This document shows positions 12,991 through 27,046 of a stretch of DNA of 64,000 bases, one piece after another. The DNA is taken from positions 20,894,001-20,958,000 of the forward strand of contig NC_043021.1 in the NCBI RefSeq assembly GCF_006345805.1, read 5' to 3'. The first letter of the stretch is position 1, and every line of letters begins with the position of its first letter. Both the position numbers and the translations under genes were made by a program. The notes under the pieces were generated by a model. That model was not told where the DNA came from and did not search any database. It worked only from the letters and a program-made list of their open reading frames with translations. Origin of the DNA: Octopus sinensis (lineage: Eukaryota).

Positions 12991-13418
12991 TTAGTATTAT
13001 ATATCATCATCATCATCATTTAGCATTCGCTTTCCATGCTAGCATGTGTTGGACGGTTCAACTGGGGTCTGGGAAGCCAGAAGGCTGCACCAGGCCCAGT
13101 CTGATCTGGCAGTGTTTCTACAGCTGGATGCCCTTCCTAACGCCAACTACTCCATGAGTGTAGTGGGTGCTTTTTACGTGCCACCCGCACAGGTGCCAGA
13201 CAGAGCTGGCAAACGGCCACGGACGGATGGTGCTTTTTATGTGCCACCGGCACGGGGGCCAGGCGAGGCTGGCAACAGCCACGATTGGATGGTGCTTTTT
13301 ACGTGCCACCGGCACGGGGGCCAGGCAAGGCTGGCAATGGCCACGAACGGATGGTGCTTTTACGTGCCACCGGCACGGGGGCCAGGCGGGGCTGGCAACG
13401 ACCACGAACGAATGGTGT

Positions 13419-13484
<66 letters not shown>

Positions 13485-14557
13485 CTCTCTTTTACTCTCT
13501 TTTACTTGTTTCAGTCATGTGACTGTGGCCATGCCGGAGCACTGCCTTTAGTCAGGCAAATCGACCCCAGGACTTATCCTTTGTAAGCCTAGTACTTATT
13601 CTATCAGTTTCTTTTTGCCAAACTGCTGAGTTATGGGGATGTAAACACACCAGCATCGGTTGTCAAGCGATGTTGGGGGGACAAACACAGACACACACAC
13701 ACACATATATATATATATACAATGGGTTTCTTTCAGTTTCCGTCTACCAAATCCACTCACAAGGCTTTGGTCAGCCTGAGGCTATAGTAGAAAACACTTG
13801 CCCAAGGTGTCATGCAGTGGGACTGAACCCGGAACCATGTGGTTGGTAAGCAAGCTACTTACCATACAGCCACTCTTATGCCCAGCCACTCCTACACCTA
13901 TATATATATATATACACACACATGCACACACATATGTATATACATACATACATGCATATAGCCAGATGCCCTTCATGTTGCCAACTGCCATCCGTTTCCA
14001 AGTGAAGTAGTTTTTTTCCCTCCTCTCTGTTAGGAAACCAGGACAACCGAAGCCTTGTGATTGAATTTAGTAGGTGGAAGTTTCTGTCGTGTGTGTAAGT
14101 GATTGTGCCTCTAACAGAGAAGAGGGAGCTACATACCTTGTCCACCATACTATCTCTCTGGTGTTGTCTTCTTATATATCCTGGTGTTGGATTAATAATT
14201 TAACAAAGTAGAGAGAAAGAAAGTACTCACATGATGCAATGGCACGTAAAAAGCACCCACTACACTCACGGAGTGGTTGGCGTTAGGAAGGGCATCCAGC
14301 TGTAGAAACATTGCCAAATTAGACTGGAGCCTGGTGCAGCCTTCTGGCTTCCCAGAACCCCGGTCGAACCGTCCAACCCATGCTAGCATGGAGAACGGAC
14401 GTTAAACGACGATGATGATGATGATGATGAGGCTTAATGCTCTCTATCGATGGCTCACAGTTAAATGCTCATGAAGAACTGCTGTCAGTTCACTTTTAGT
14501 CACATTGGGGTGGTTAGAATCCTTCCGCAACATCTTCCTTAACTGATATTTTCACAG

Positions 14558-14620
14558 ACATTGGATGAATTTACGAGATGCTGACTCAGGCAAGATACTC
14601 TGGCAGTCAAGTGATGATCT
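14558..14620 (+). CDS. PDE6D: PDE6D-like prenyl-binding protein, first coding exon found in the window (63 nt, phase 2-2)
   Basis: tttcacAG|A CAT TGG ATG AAT TTA CGA GAT GCT GAC TCA GGC AAG ATA CTC TGG CAG TCA AGT GAT GAT CT|GTAAGT gives (L)HWMNLRDADSGKILWQSSDD(L), matching vertebrate PDE6D [22 protein letters not shown]. Confidence 0.95.
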
Positions 14621-15167
14621 GTAAGTATTTTACAATTGGTTTTCCAAAGTTTTATTTATTTATTTTCTTTGGTTTAATTTTTTTCAACTTACATTTTGTC
14701 GTTTTTGTTTTGTTTTTGTATGTAACCTATTTTTCTTCTCCTGTATTGTCATTGCTGTTATATTGGTGTGTGTATATTATACATACACACACACATACAT
14801 ATGTATGTACATACATATACACATATACATACATACATACTTATATATATATACATATATATATATATGTGTGTGTGTGTGTATATATATGTATATATAT
14901 GTGGCACATAAAAAGCACCATTTGAGCGTGGCCTTTGCCAGTACCGCCTGACTGGCCCTCATGCCGGCGGTACGTAAAAGCACCCACTACACTCTCAGAG
15001 TGGTTGGCGTTAGGAAGGGCATCCATGCTGTAGAAACCCTGCCAGATCAGATTGGAGCCTGGTGCAGCCATCTGGTTCGCCAGTCCTTGGTCAAATCGTC
15101 CAACCCATGCTAGCATGGAAAGCGAACGTTAAATGACGACGATGATGATGATGATGATACTACTACT

Positions 15168-15207
<40 letters not shown>

Positions 15208-15489
15208 GGTAAGTGCTTTATAGATGAAACCCAAGGTAACCCCATAGTCTCGCCATAACTGTCTTTATCTTTAATTACTCTACTGCTCCATAACTTAGTG
15301 TACTTCTCTTTCAGATTTATGATTTACTGACAATATATGCATATATATATATGTGTGCGTGCTTCATGGCCTCTACACAAATAGATATACTCTACTGCAT
15401 GTATTGAGTACTCAATCCCAACACACATGCACACACACACACACACACACCTTTCTCCTTTGCATGTCATACAATTATTTTTCATGATT

Positions 15490-16392
15490 CACCAATATAT
15501 TCTTTGTCCCTCTCTCTCTCTCCTTCCCCTCTCTCTCTTTCATTCTTATTGTTTCTAACCACTCTCCTTCTCAGCCCCTCCCTGTTTAACTTCTTTCTCT
15601 AACACTATTTCCCTATCTCTTACTCTTTTCTCTCTCTCTCTTGCTCACTCTTCCTCTCTCTCTTGCTCGCTTATTCTTCCTCTCTCTCTCTCTCTCGCTT
15701 ACTCTTCCTCTCTCTCTCTCTTGCTCACTCTTCCTCTCTCTCTCTCTTGCTCACTCTTCCTCTCTTTCTCTCTTTCTAAAACATTCTCCTTTTTCTGATC
15801 TTTTTAACATCCTCCCTCATTATAACTCACTCTTTCTAATTTACTCTCTCTCTTTCTAATGCTCTTTCTCTCTATCCAAAACACTCTCCCTCTCTCTATT
15901 ACACTCTCACTCTTTCTAATCCACTATCCTTCGCTTCTCTCTCTTTCTAACTCACTCTCTCTTTCTCTTTCTTTCTTTCCAATTTTCTCTCCCTCTTTTA
16001 AGCATCCTCTCTCTTTCTCCCTCACTCTCTCCCTCTTGTTTACCCACTCTCCCTCTTTTAAACATACCCACCTTCTCTCTCTCTCTCTCTTTCTAACTCT
16101 CTCCCTCTTTTAAACACACCCACCTTCTCTCCCCCTCTCTCTCTAACTCACTCTCACTCTTTCTAACACTCTTTCCCTTTCTAATTCACTCTCTCCCTCT
16201 TTTAAACATACCCTCCTTCTCTCTCCATCTCTCTCTCTAACACATACACACACTCTCTCTCTTTCTAACACTCTCTCTCTTTTTAATACTCTCACTCTTT
16301 CTAACACTCTCACTCTTTCTAACTCCCTCTTTCTAACTTACTCTCCCTCTCTTTCTAACACTCTATCTCTCCCTTTTTTTTTCTTTTTCCAG
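15490..16392 (+). repeat. CT-rich tract with about 15 CTAAC/CTAAT motifs ending at the microexon acceptor
   Basis: Repeated ctctttctaacactctc-like units; no AG seen between about 16003 and 16390. Confidence 0.9.
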
Positions 16393-16418
16393 ATCCCTGC
16401 CTAATGTCGAACACGAAG
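16393..16418 (+). CDS. PDE6D: PDE6D-like 26-nt coding microexon (phase 2-1)
   Basis: ttttttccAG|A TCC CTG CCT AAT GTC GAA CAC GAA G|GTAAGC gives SLPNVEHE (vertebrate SVPGVEHE); phases join both neighbouring exons exactly. Confidence 0.93.
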
Positions 16419-17154
16419 GTAAGCACTTCCTTTCACGAAACAGATCAGTCTGCAATGTACATTACACCTTATATAAGGTTGGTAGGCTGGTTGCCGAGTG
16501 AAGGGGAAGGATGTGGGTTCAAACGAAGTAACGGGTGGATGGAGAAGTTAATTATATTTTCTTTCTTGATTTTATTTGTTTATTTTACTTTTGTTGTTTT
16601 ACTTATTCAAAAGGAGAGATGTTGTTGTTGTTGTTGTTTTTGCTGGTGTTGGAAGTGAAAGTGTAGGCGGAGGGGGGTCCCAAACATTTTATTCTTAGTG
16701 TGGGGTTAAACCAAGCAATGAATCAATTGTACCGCCTAAAAATAAAAGAATTGTCTCTTTTTCGTTGGGCTTCCACGCAATTTCCATCTGTTAAATTTTA
16801 CTCACTAGACTTTGAGCAATTTGAGGCAATAGTGGAAGACACTTGCTGAAGGTGCCACACAGTGGGACTGAACCCAAGACCACATGGTTGGGAAGCAAGC
16901 TTTTTAACTACACAACCATGCTTGTAGAATTTGAATAAGTAAACCACATGGCTGCTTCACAAGGTTCTTAACCATTTTCCAGTTTCAGGTTTAGAATGCA
17001 GGAACGGCCGTGTGATTAAGAAGTTTCTGTTTTGACAGTCACAGAGGTTCTTGATGTGATCTTACTACAGGACATCCTGGACAAATGCTTTCTGCCTTAG
17101 CCTTGGGTCATCCCTAAGCCTTGTGAATGAAATGAGGTGGACAGAATGAAATGA

Positions 17155-17753
17155 AGGTGGCGAGCTGGCAGAAACGTTAGCACGCCGGGCGAAATGCGTA
17201 GCCAGATTTCATCTGCCGCTACGTTCTGAGTTCAAATTCCGCTGAGGTCGACTTTGCCTTTCATCCTTTCGGGGTCGGTAAATTAAGTACCAGTTACGCA
17301 CTGGGGTCGATGTAATCGACTTAATCCATTTGTCTGTCCTTGTTTGTCCTCTCTGTGTTTAGCCCCTTGTGGGTAGTAAAGAAATAGGTATTTCGTCTGC
17401 CGTTACGTTCTGAGTTCAAATTCCGCCGAGGTCCACTTTGCCTTTCATCCTTTCGGGGCCGATAAATTAAGTACCAGTTATGCACTGGGTCGATGTAATC
17501 GACTTAATCCGTTTGTCTGTCCTTGTTTGTCCTCTCTGTGTTTAGCCCCTTGTGGGTAGTAAAGAAATAGGTATTTCATCTGCCGTTACGTTCTGAGTTC
17601 AAATTCCGCCGAGGTCCACTTTGCCTTTCATCCTTTCGGGGTCGATAAATTAAGTACCAGTTACACACTGGGGTCAATGTACTCAACTTAATCCCTTTGT
17701 CTGTCCTTGTTTGTCCCCTCTATGTCTAGCCCCTTATGGGCAATAAAGAAATA
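17155..17753 (+). mobile_element. SINE-A trimer enclosed by one 12-bp TSD
   Basis: One full and two headless units joined at GAAATAG|GTATTTC; AGAATGAAATGA at 17143 and 17754. Confidence 0.85.
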
Positions 17754-18689
17754 AGAATGAAATGAGATAGACATCCTTGTTCCTAATTTTTCTAACTCTC
17801 CCTCTTTCTAACTCACTCTCCCTTTTTTTTAACATACTCTCTCTCTCCCTCTTTCTAATCCACCCTCTCTTTCATACTTGAGTGGTAAACTTAATTAAGC
17901 CACCATCCTGCCCTCCTACCATACTCGGCTCTTGGGTGCCTGTAGGTAACTCCAGTTCATTGCAGCCATTCAAAGCAGCTCTCCAAATGTGGCAAGCTGG
18001 CAGAATCATTAGCACGCTGGACAAAATGTTTAGTGACATTTCTTCTGGCTCTTTTTACATTCTGAGTTCAAAAACTGTCAATGTTGGCTTTGCTTTTTAT
18101 CCTTTTGGGGTTGATAAAATAAGTACCAGTAATTGACTAAACCCCTTTCCCCCAAAAAATTTCAGGCCTTGTGACTACAGTTTACAGAAACTAAATGACC
18201 CTGCTACCTGAGAATAATTCAAAATTGAAATCTTGCTGTATTACTTTCTATTGTGCCATACATGAGTCATGGTTTCTTTTTTTATCCACTATCATTTCAT
18301 TAGTGAATGTGCATGGCTCAGTGGTTAAAATGTTGAGTTCACAATTATGAGGTGGAGAGTTCTTTTCCCGGACCAGGCTGTATGTTGTGTTCTTGAGCAA
18401 GATACTTTATTTCACATTGATCCAGTTCACTCAACCATAGCAATGAGTTGCAGCATCATTGATGCCAAGCTTTCCCTTGGATTACATTGGCAACATCAAG
18501 AGGGAAGGCATGGATGACTACTGGTCTTCCATAAGCACCCTTGTCTGGACTTGTGCCTCAGAGGGTAACTTTCTAGGTGCAATCTCATGGTCATTCATAA
18601 CCAAAGGGGGTCTTTATCCTACCTATTTCTTTACTACCCACAAGTGGCTAAACATAGAGGGGACAAACAAGGACAGACAAACGGATATA

Positions 18690-19399
<710 letters not shown>

Positions 19400-19454
19400 T
19401 AATTGTAGTGTGTAGTACGATGCTTTGTGTAGTACAGTGTATGTCTTGTATTAC

Positions 19455-20212
19455 GGTATATTCAGCAACTAGGGCGGCGAGCTGGCAGAATCGTTAGCAC
19501 GCCGGGCGAAATGCGTAGCCGTATTTTGTCTGCCGTTACATTCTCAGTTCAAATTCTGCCGAGGTCGACTTTGCCTTTCATCCTTTCAGGGTCGATTAAA
19601 TAAGTACCAGTTGCACACTGGGGTCGATGTAAGCGACTTAATCCATTTGTCTGTCCTTGTTTGTTCCCTCCGTGTTTATCCCTTTGTGGGTTGTAAAGAA
19701 ATAGGTATATTCAGCAACCATGCTGTGAGCTGGCAGAATCGTTAGCACGCCGGGCGAAATACTAAGCGGTATTTCGTCTGCCGCTACGTTCTGAGTTCAA
19801 ATTCCGCTGAGGTCGACTTTGCCTTTCATCCTTTTGGGGTTGATTAAATAAGTACCTATTTCTTTACTACCCACAAGGGGCTAAACACAGAGAGGACAAA
19901 CAAGAACAGACAAACGGATTAAGTCGATTACATCGACCCCAGCGCGTAACTGGTACTTAATTTATTCGACCCCGAAAGGATGAAAGGCAAAGTTGACCTC
20001 GGCGGAATTTGAACTCAGGACGTTACGGCAGACGAAACACGGCTACGCATTTCGCCCGGCATGCTAACGTTTCTGCCAGCTCGCCGCCTTTAAATAAGTA
20101 CCAGTTACCCACTGAGGTCGATGTAATCGACTTAATACCTATGTCTGTCCTTGTTTGTCCCCTCTGTGTTTAGCCCCTTGTGGGTAATAAAGAAATAGGT
20201 ATATTCAGCAAC
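19455..20212. mobile_element. SINE-A cluster with nested inverted copy
   Basis: Copies + 19473-19704, + 19725-19855, - 19856-20090, + 20090-20197; GGTATATTCAGCAAC at 19455, 19704 and 20198. Confidence 0.8.
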
Positions 20213-20589
20213 CAGTACACTCTGTAAAATGGTTGGTATTAGGGAGGGCATCCAGCTGTAGAAACCATGCCAGAACAGACACCAGAGTGTGATTATGTCC
20301 TATGACTCATCAGCAACATTTTTCTCTCTTATAAGGGTAAAATGCACTCAGCCAGTATCTGTGGGGGTACTGGTTCAATTCCTGTAGCTGCCTGCTGTCA
20401 ACTTTTTACCGTCTTATAAGGGTAAAACACCCAATCTTTGTTTGCTGTTCTTACAACTATTGCACATTTGATATTTACTTTCATACTTGTAAAATGCCAA
20501 ACACATTTGATGCTACCAAAATTTGTTTATAATATATATATATATATATAGGTGAGAGAGTTGGTATGTGAAAGCACGTAGTTGGATAC

Positions 20590-21498
20590 ATAAAAGACAA
20601 AAAAGAGTAAAAAAAACTACAGAAGGCTTGTGTTATATGGTTAAAGAATATATTTAAATCGTTATGTTAGAAAAATGTTATAAAATTTTATGTATAGTAA
20701 CATAACAAAATCTTATAACACCTTTCTTACATAATAATTTAAATATATTCTTTAACCATATAACACAAGTCTTCTGTAGTTTTTTCACTCTTTTTTGTCT
20801 TTTATATATATATATAAGTTCAGCAAAATTTAGATTCAGATGAATATGGTACTTAAGTTAAAGGCACCAGAATTTTGTATGGTATTATCCATATAAATCA
20901 AATGGGGTGATTATAATCCAAATAAGCAACAAAGATATCCAAGGTAGAGTAGTACAATTGTTTCATGCTACTTCATTTTATTAAACACTGTAAACATTAC
21001 ATCAGTTTTAAAATGTCGATTGAAAATTTAATTGAAATTTCTATATGTTTAATTGAAAATTCGGATCTTTTCCTTTTGAATGGCACTTTTCAACACAATT
21101 TCTAGTTAACTAAACACTTTTAAACTTCGTATACGAGTAGAATGTGTCAAAATAAAACATTTTTTTCTCTTGGCTTTCTTGAGAAAATTGTAATTTGTTT
21201 GTTTAACGTAGTTTAATTTTTCGAATTTTAACCAATCCTATGCCCTCTATTTAGCTAAAATCATTTGCTGCATCTAAAACAGACAACATCCTGTCACTAG
21301 TTTAAAAGTGTTTAGTTAATTAGAAATTGTGTTGAAAAGTGCCGTTCAAAAGGAAAAGATCCGAAAATTCTATATGTGGCTGAAGATTGCTCGACATTTT
21401 AAAACTGATGTAATATTTACAGTGTTTAATAAAATGAAGTAGCATGAAACAATTGTACTACACTACCTTGGATATCTTTGTTGCTTATTTTGATTATA
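20590..21498. repeat. Two adjacent fold-back structures (20590-20804; 20912-21498 with nested MITE)
   Basis: taaaagacaaaaaagagt.../...actcttttttgtctttta and taatccaaataagcaacaaagatatcc.../...ggatatctttgttgcttattttgatta. Confidence 0.85.
21062..21363. mobile_element. MITE with ~60-bp TIRs beginning CGGATCTTTTC
   Basis: cggatcttttccttttgaatggcacttttcaacac ... gtgttgaaaagtgccgttcaaaaggaaaagatccg, flanked by aaaatt on both sides; related element at about 57168-57597. Confidence 0.7.
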
Positions 21499-21932
21499 TA
21501 TGTATATCGTTAATAATGATGAAAGGAAGAAATTGGAGAATTATGGATGTGTAAATAATTTATTTGTATGATATAATGAGGTTGAAAGATTTTTTCATAA
21601 TAAAAACAATAAAAACATTATAAATTATAAAGCTTTGAAAGAAATAAATTATTTATGCATCCATAATTCTCCATTTTCTTCCTTTCACAATTATTAACAA
21701 TATGTATTACTATAATAACACTACAACAAAAATGGACATTATTTTGACTACAGAGATAAGAATAACATTTTCTGGGGTAGTATTGCGCTTAGATCACGAA
21801 AATGGCACCCGTTTCTCACAGAATTACTCTAGTTTATGGTAATTTGGTAATTTAGAGTATTTTTATAACTTTAATTTTTTTTATTTTTCAGATTTTCAAA
21901 GAAAAAAATATAAAATATCTATAAATATTTAA

Positions 21933-22154
21933 CCCTTTTGATACCAACCCAGCCAAAACCGCCTCTGGCTCTGTAGTACAAACGTCTTCTTTTCATAAGT
22001 TTTGAATTAAAATCTTCTACCAAACCTTAGTCCCAATTTATGTTCCCAATGCTAGCTTAATGATAACTAAATTATTTTACTAAATTCTTGGTTATATTTA
22101 AAATAAATTGAATGAAACACAGAGCATCTCAAAATAAATACGGTAACGAAAGGG
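21933..22154. mobile_element. piggyBac-type MITE
   Basis: TTAA|CCCTTTTGATACC ... GGTAACGAAAGGG|TTAA; partial inverse copies at about 40605-40765 and 41590-41620. Confidence 0.75.
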
Positions 22155-22192
22155 TTAATTAGATCTTTAATTAGAATAAAAATTGCATTAAA

Positions 22193-22556
22193 ATGCTGAG
22201 AGGTCAGTGTAGAAATCACCCAGACAAATTTTGTTATATCTCTGGTGCTGCGACATTCCAGAAGAATGCAAGAAACATTACACTGTTGGTAAAAAAAAAG
22301 CCATCATCATCATCATCATCATTTAACGTTCGTTTTCTATGCTGGCATGGGTTGGATGGTTCGACTGGGATCTGGGAAACCAGGAGGCTGCACCAGGCTC
22401 CAGTCTGATCTGGCAGTGTTTCTACAGCTGGATGCCCTTCCTAATGCCAAGCACTCCGTGAGTGTAGTGGGTGCTTTTTTTATGTGCCACTTACAATTTG
22501 GTGTCAAGATAGGAGACCAAGATAAAAGTTGGGCACCACATATCTGTTGCACATGC
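22193..22556 (+). mobile_element. DNA-transposase N-terminal fragment (probably CMC/Chapaev3-like) split by a SINE-C insertion
   Basis: MLRGQCRNHPDKFCYISG..RNITLLVKK, then after the SINE at about 22300-22490 FGVKIGDQDKSWAPHICCTC. Superfamily assignment is from memory. Confidence 0.6.
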
Positions 22557-23342
22557 ATATACATACATACATATACATAAATACACACACACACACATAT
22601 ATACTAGATGTGTCTGTGTGTGACCCATTGGGTCACAACCACTCCAAGTTGAAAATGTCAGTGCATAGTGGCAAAGGAAAAAATATTTATTTCTTTGCTA
22701 CCCACAAGGGGCTAAACACAGAGAGGACTAAAAAGGACACAAAAACAGATTAAGTCGATTATATCGACCCCAGTGGGTAACTGGTACTTAATTTATCAAC
22801 CCCGAAAGGATGAAAGGCAAAGTCAACCCTGGCAGAATTTGAACTCAGAATGTAACAGCAGACGAAATACGGCTACGCATTTCGCCCGGCATGCTAACGT
22901 TTCTGCCAACTTGCCGCCTTCATGCAATAAAATTTTTGATAAAGTTTTCCTGTCTTTGATGTGACAACACAAACACGGCCAAGCGTTTCTTCTTTGAAAA
23001 CGTTCAAATGGCCTTCGACTTTTTTTTCCTCACATTCTTCTTTGCCATTCTTTGTTCCAAGTGAATTACATGGGTACTTCAGCATAAAGTAATGGTTTTA
23101 GCAAAGTCATCATTGATGCACAATGAAAAGGATTCTCTCGGTGTTGTTCTCATCTGTTCTTCATTAACAGCCATACTCTCTCTTTTACTTGTTACAGTCA
23201 TTTGGCTGCAGCCATGCTGGAGCGCCGCCTTCAGTCGAGCAAATCGACCCAGGACTTCGGTCTCTTTTGCCGAATCGCTAAGTTACGGGGACGTAAACAC
23301 ACCAGCATCGGTTGTCAAGTGATGTTCGAGGAACAAACATAT

Positions 23343-23386
<44 letters not shown>

Positions 23387-23698
23387 TAACGCTCTTGTGT
23401 AGTGTTTTAATAAAGTATATGATTCGGTATTATCTGATAGTTGATGAATGATTTAGATATATTTCTCCATTTTCTTATTTTGTATATATATATATATATA
23501 TATGCATATACACGATGGGCTTCTTTCAGTTTCCGTCTACCAAATCCACTCACAAGGCTTTGGTTGGCCTGAGACTATAGTAGAAGACACTTGCCCAAGG
23601 TGCCACACAGTGGGACTGAACCCGGAACCATGTGGTTGGTAAACAAGCTACTTACCACACAACCACTCCTGCGCCTATATATCCTCATTATTTCCTCA

Positions 23699-24075
23699 TT
23701 ATATATAGCCATATATATCCTCATTATTTCTGAGCAATATTCTTTGTTCACCTGGTAGATGAACCTGCAGTCTCAATATTGCAGGTACTCTTTCGTTAAT
23801 TGAAAATCTCAAAATGGATGCAACTACTTCAGATGGTCCAATATACAAACCCATTAGATATTGACTAATTTCGTTATCATTAACAGTAGCTTGGTCATTT
23901 CCTTTCAGCATGTACTTGATGACGTACTTAATTGACCTCAATGAGGCAACAATTTGAGTGTTGCAGTGACATTTGAATACTCTTAAGAGTTTCATTATAA
24001 GGTACAACCCATTTGTTGTTTGTTTTTCCATTCTTATAAGATTCAACTCCTCCCATTTCAAGTGATCTTCATCTA
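23699..24075 (-). mobile_element. Helitron Rep/helicase coding fragment
   Basis: FKCHCNTQIVASLRSIKYVIKYMLKGNDQA...EISQY...SEVVASILRFSINERVPAILRLQVHLPGEQ resembles the Helitron RepHel segment HINVE..S.KSVKYLFKYVYKG.D...VRLAVHLP. Confidence 0.8.
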
Positions 24076-24132
24076 TAAAGATGTTTTTTCTGCTTTTTGA
24101 TTAAGATGATAAAGATTAATATTTTATTTTCA

Positions 24133-24515
24133 ACTAGCAGTATCGCCCGACATTGCTCGGGTTTGTTTCAACCCTTTAGAATTGGAATTTTTGAAAAGTA
24201 AAAATTTTGCATTATGTAGCTTGTTGTTCTCTTTAAGTGAACATTTTTCTCGTTGAAATACATCGAAAAATGGTGACACAGCAGTAAAAAAATTTTTTTG
24301 AATGGGGATTTTCATAGAAAAAAAGCACCTTTTTGATGTAAATAATTTTTGGTGTTAACATGGTCCAATTTGAATTTTTTCTTCTAGGGAAGGAAGAGCA
24401 AGCCTTCTTCTATCATACTCTCAATTTTGGTCAACTTGCCCTGCAGGGTGTCGGAGGAGATAGTGTTAGTTGAAGGCTACCAACCCTGCCATACAACTTC
24501 AGCTTTATATATATA
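24133..24515 (+). mobile_element. Non-autonomous Helentron-type element with a different interior
   Basis: Same termini (actagcagtatcgcccgacattgctcggg ... caacttcagctttatatata); absent from the homologous site at about 12690. Confidence 0.6.
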
Positions 24516-24713
24516 AAATAAAATTGTAATTTTCCCCTTTAAAGTAAAAAAAAAAAATCAAGTACCTGTGATTCAAAAAATATCTCATAAAAATACAGGG
24601 ATAATTTCTATCTTTCAGCCTGTGGCACTCCAAAAGTTGTTTAAATGATTAAGGGAAGAAATAAGGATGGATGATGGGAGGTGTGACGACTCTTTGAAGT
24701 GTTGACACCACAA

Positions 24714-25912
24714 TTGGTGACGCGTATCCTGGATGATGGTGATGCTGTTGACATTGTTTTATTGGACTTTGCCAAAGCTTTTGATTCGGTTAACCACTGC
24801 CTATTACTTGTCAAGCTTCAAGCATATAGTTTCCATCCGGATATTCTACGATGGGTTGGTACCTTCCTCTCAGATCGCTCCTTCCAAGTCCAAGTTAATG
24901 GTTCGCTGTCCGACGTCTCCAGTGCGAGCAGTGGCGTGCCTCAAGGTTCAGTGCTTGGGCCCTTATTGTTTTTAGTCTTCATAAATGACTTGCCCGACGA
25001 CCTCACGCAACACACCCTTCTATTTGCCGATGATGTCAAACTGGTCGCTCCTTGCAGTGATATAGATGATCTTTGTCGATGCCTCCATCAAGTTTGGAGA
25101 TGGTCTAACGAATGGGACCTGTGTCTGAACGTGTCAAAGTGCTGTCATCTGCCTGTTGGCTCCTCTCCTGCAACTCAACTTGTTTTCGAGCCGGGTATCT
25201 GCTGCTGGAGAGGACCGACCAGGTAAAGGACCTGGGTATCTTGGTGGATTCTTCCTTTTCACCTTTGGCCCAATGCGTCCATGCTGCCATCAAAGCATGT
25301 GGAGTTCTGTTTTTGATTCGACGGTCATTCGGAATGCTCACAGCAGGCTTATTCCTACTGCTCTATGTCACGCTGGTGAGACCCATATTGGAGTACGGGA
25401 TTCAAGCCTCTTCTCCTTATCTCCTCAAAGACATACATCATCTCAAAAGAGTCCAGAAGCTGGCTACCTGCATGGTTCTTGGTCTCAAGCATTTGTCTTA
25501 TGAAGAAAGGCTGAAGACGCTTGACCTTTATTCTCTAGAAAAACGCTGCCGCCGTGGTGATCTCATTCTCACTCACAACATCATAAGTGGAAAGTGTAAC
25601 CTCTTGAAAGAGCTGTTCTTCACTCCTGCTCCAGAGCGTCGGCTGTGAGGTCACTCCGAAAAGCTCTATCTGCGACGATTTCATCTCAATCGAAGGAGAG
25701 GGGCTTTCTCCGTCCGGGTTGCGAATCCGTGGAATAAGCTGCCGGATGAGATAGTGAAGATGCCAACAACCGCTCGGTTAAAAGTCTCTCTTGACCAGAA
25801 ATGGCCTGAACTCTTTGCATGAACACCCTCCCTGTACATAACTCCATGTCCCCCTACATGGCCTAGCTTTTGCTTTTTGAGCCAAAAAATTAACTTAACT
25901 TAACTTAACTTA
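24714..25912 (+). mobile_element. 5'-truncated CR1-clade LINE (RT C-terminal half), defective
   Basis: LDFAKAFDSVNH, GVPQGSVLGPLLF, LFADD, KDLGI, RPILEY, SYEERLKTLDLYSLEKR in ORFs 24699..25226 and 25112..25648. Frameshift near 25200, premature TGA at 25646, (TTAAC)n tail. Confidence 0.92.
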
Positions 25913-26123
25913 AATTAACATTTTCAACTTGATTTTTTTTTCTTAAATGGGGAAATAACTATTTTAATTGTAATCCTTATCATCTTAATCAAAAGACAGG
26001 AAAAAAAAAAGTTTTAGCATGAATCTAATGCGCTTAGCTTAGTTTTTCCTTGGGGCTGGCCAGATCGGAGCAATCTCAAGATTAATTAGCCGAAATTGCG
26101 AGGATGATCCGGTTCTTGACTGA

Positions 26124-26381
<258 letters not shown>

Positions 26382-26475
26382 TAAGTTAGTTCCTGCAATA
26401 ATAAAGAGCGAATGTTGCCAGATAAGAGGAGGGCGGTGGAGAGGAGCCACACAATCACTCACACTCACATAGCCA

Positions 26476-26506
<31 letters not shown>

Positions 26507-26713
26507 TCAAAGCTGATGATTACCTCTGTTGCCACTTAGAGCAAGGAACTTTTAGTATCATCACCAGTGAAGATCAGCTTTTAAACACTACTACATGTAT
26601 TTCTTTCTCTCTCTCTCTCTCTCCTTTCGTATGTACATCCAAATGTGTGTATGTATGTGTGTGAGATTTTTTACTGATACGTATATATATATGGATGGAA
26701 GCTAAAGGAGGCC

Positions 26714-26756
<43 letters not shown>

Positions 26757-26999
26757 TGTGTGTGTGTCGGTGTATGTTACACACCACCATGTGACAACCA
26801 ATGCTGGTTTGTTTATGTTCCTGTGACTTAGCAGTTTGGCAAAAGTGACTGATAGAACAAGGAGCAGGCTTTATAAAAAAAGTACAGGTGTCGAATCAGT
26901 TGACTAAAAATCTTCAAGGTTGTGCTCCAGCATGGCCAGTCTAATGACTGAAAGAAGTAAAAGAGTGTGTGTGTGTGGTGTGTTGTGTGTGTGTGTGTG

Positions 27000-27046
<47 letters not shown>

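Noticed and set aside
13046-13586. ORFs such as MLDGSTGVWEARRLHQ.. and similar at about 27326, 36110, 51377, 54394 and 59112
   Set aside because: Recurrent translations of SINE-C in either orientation.
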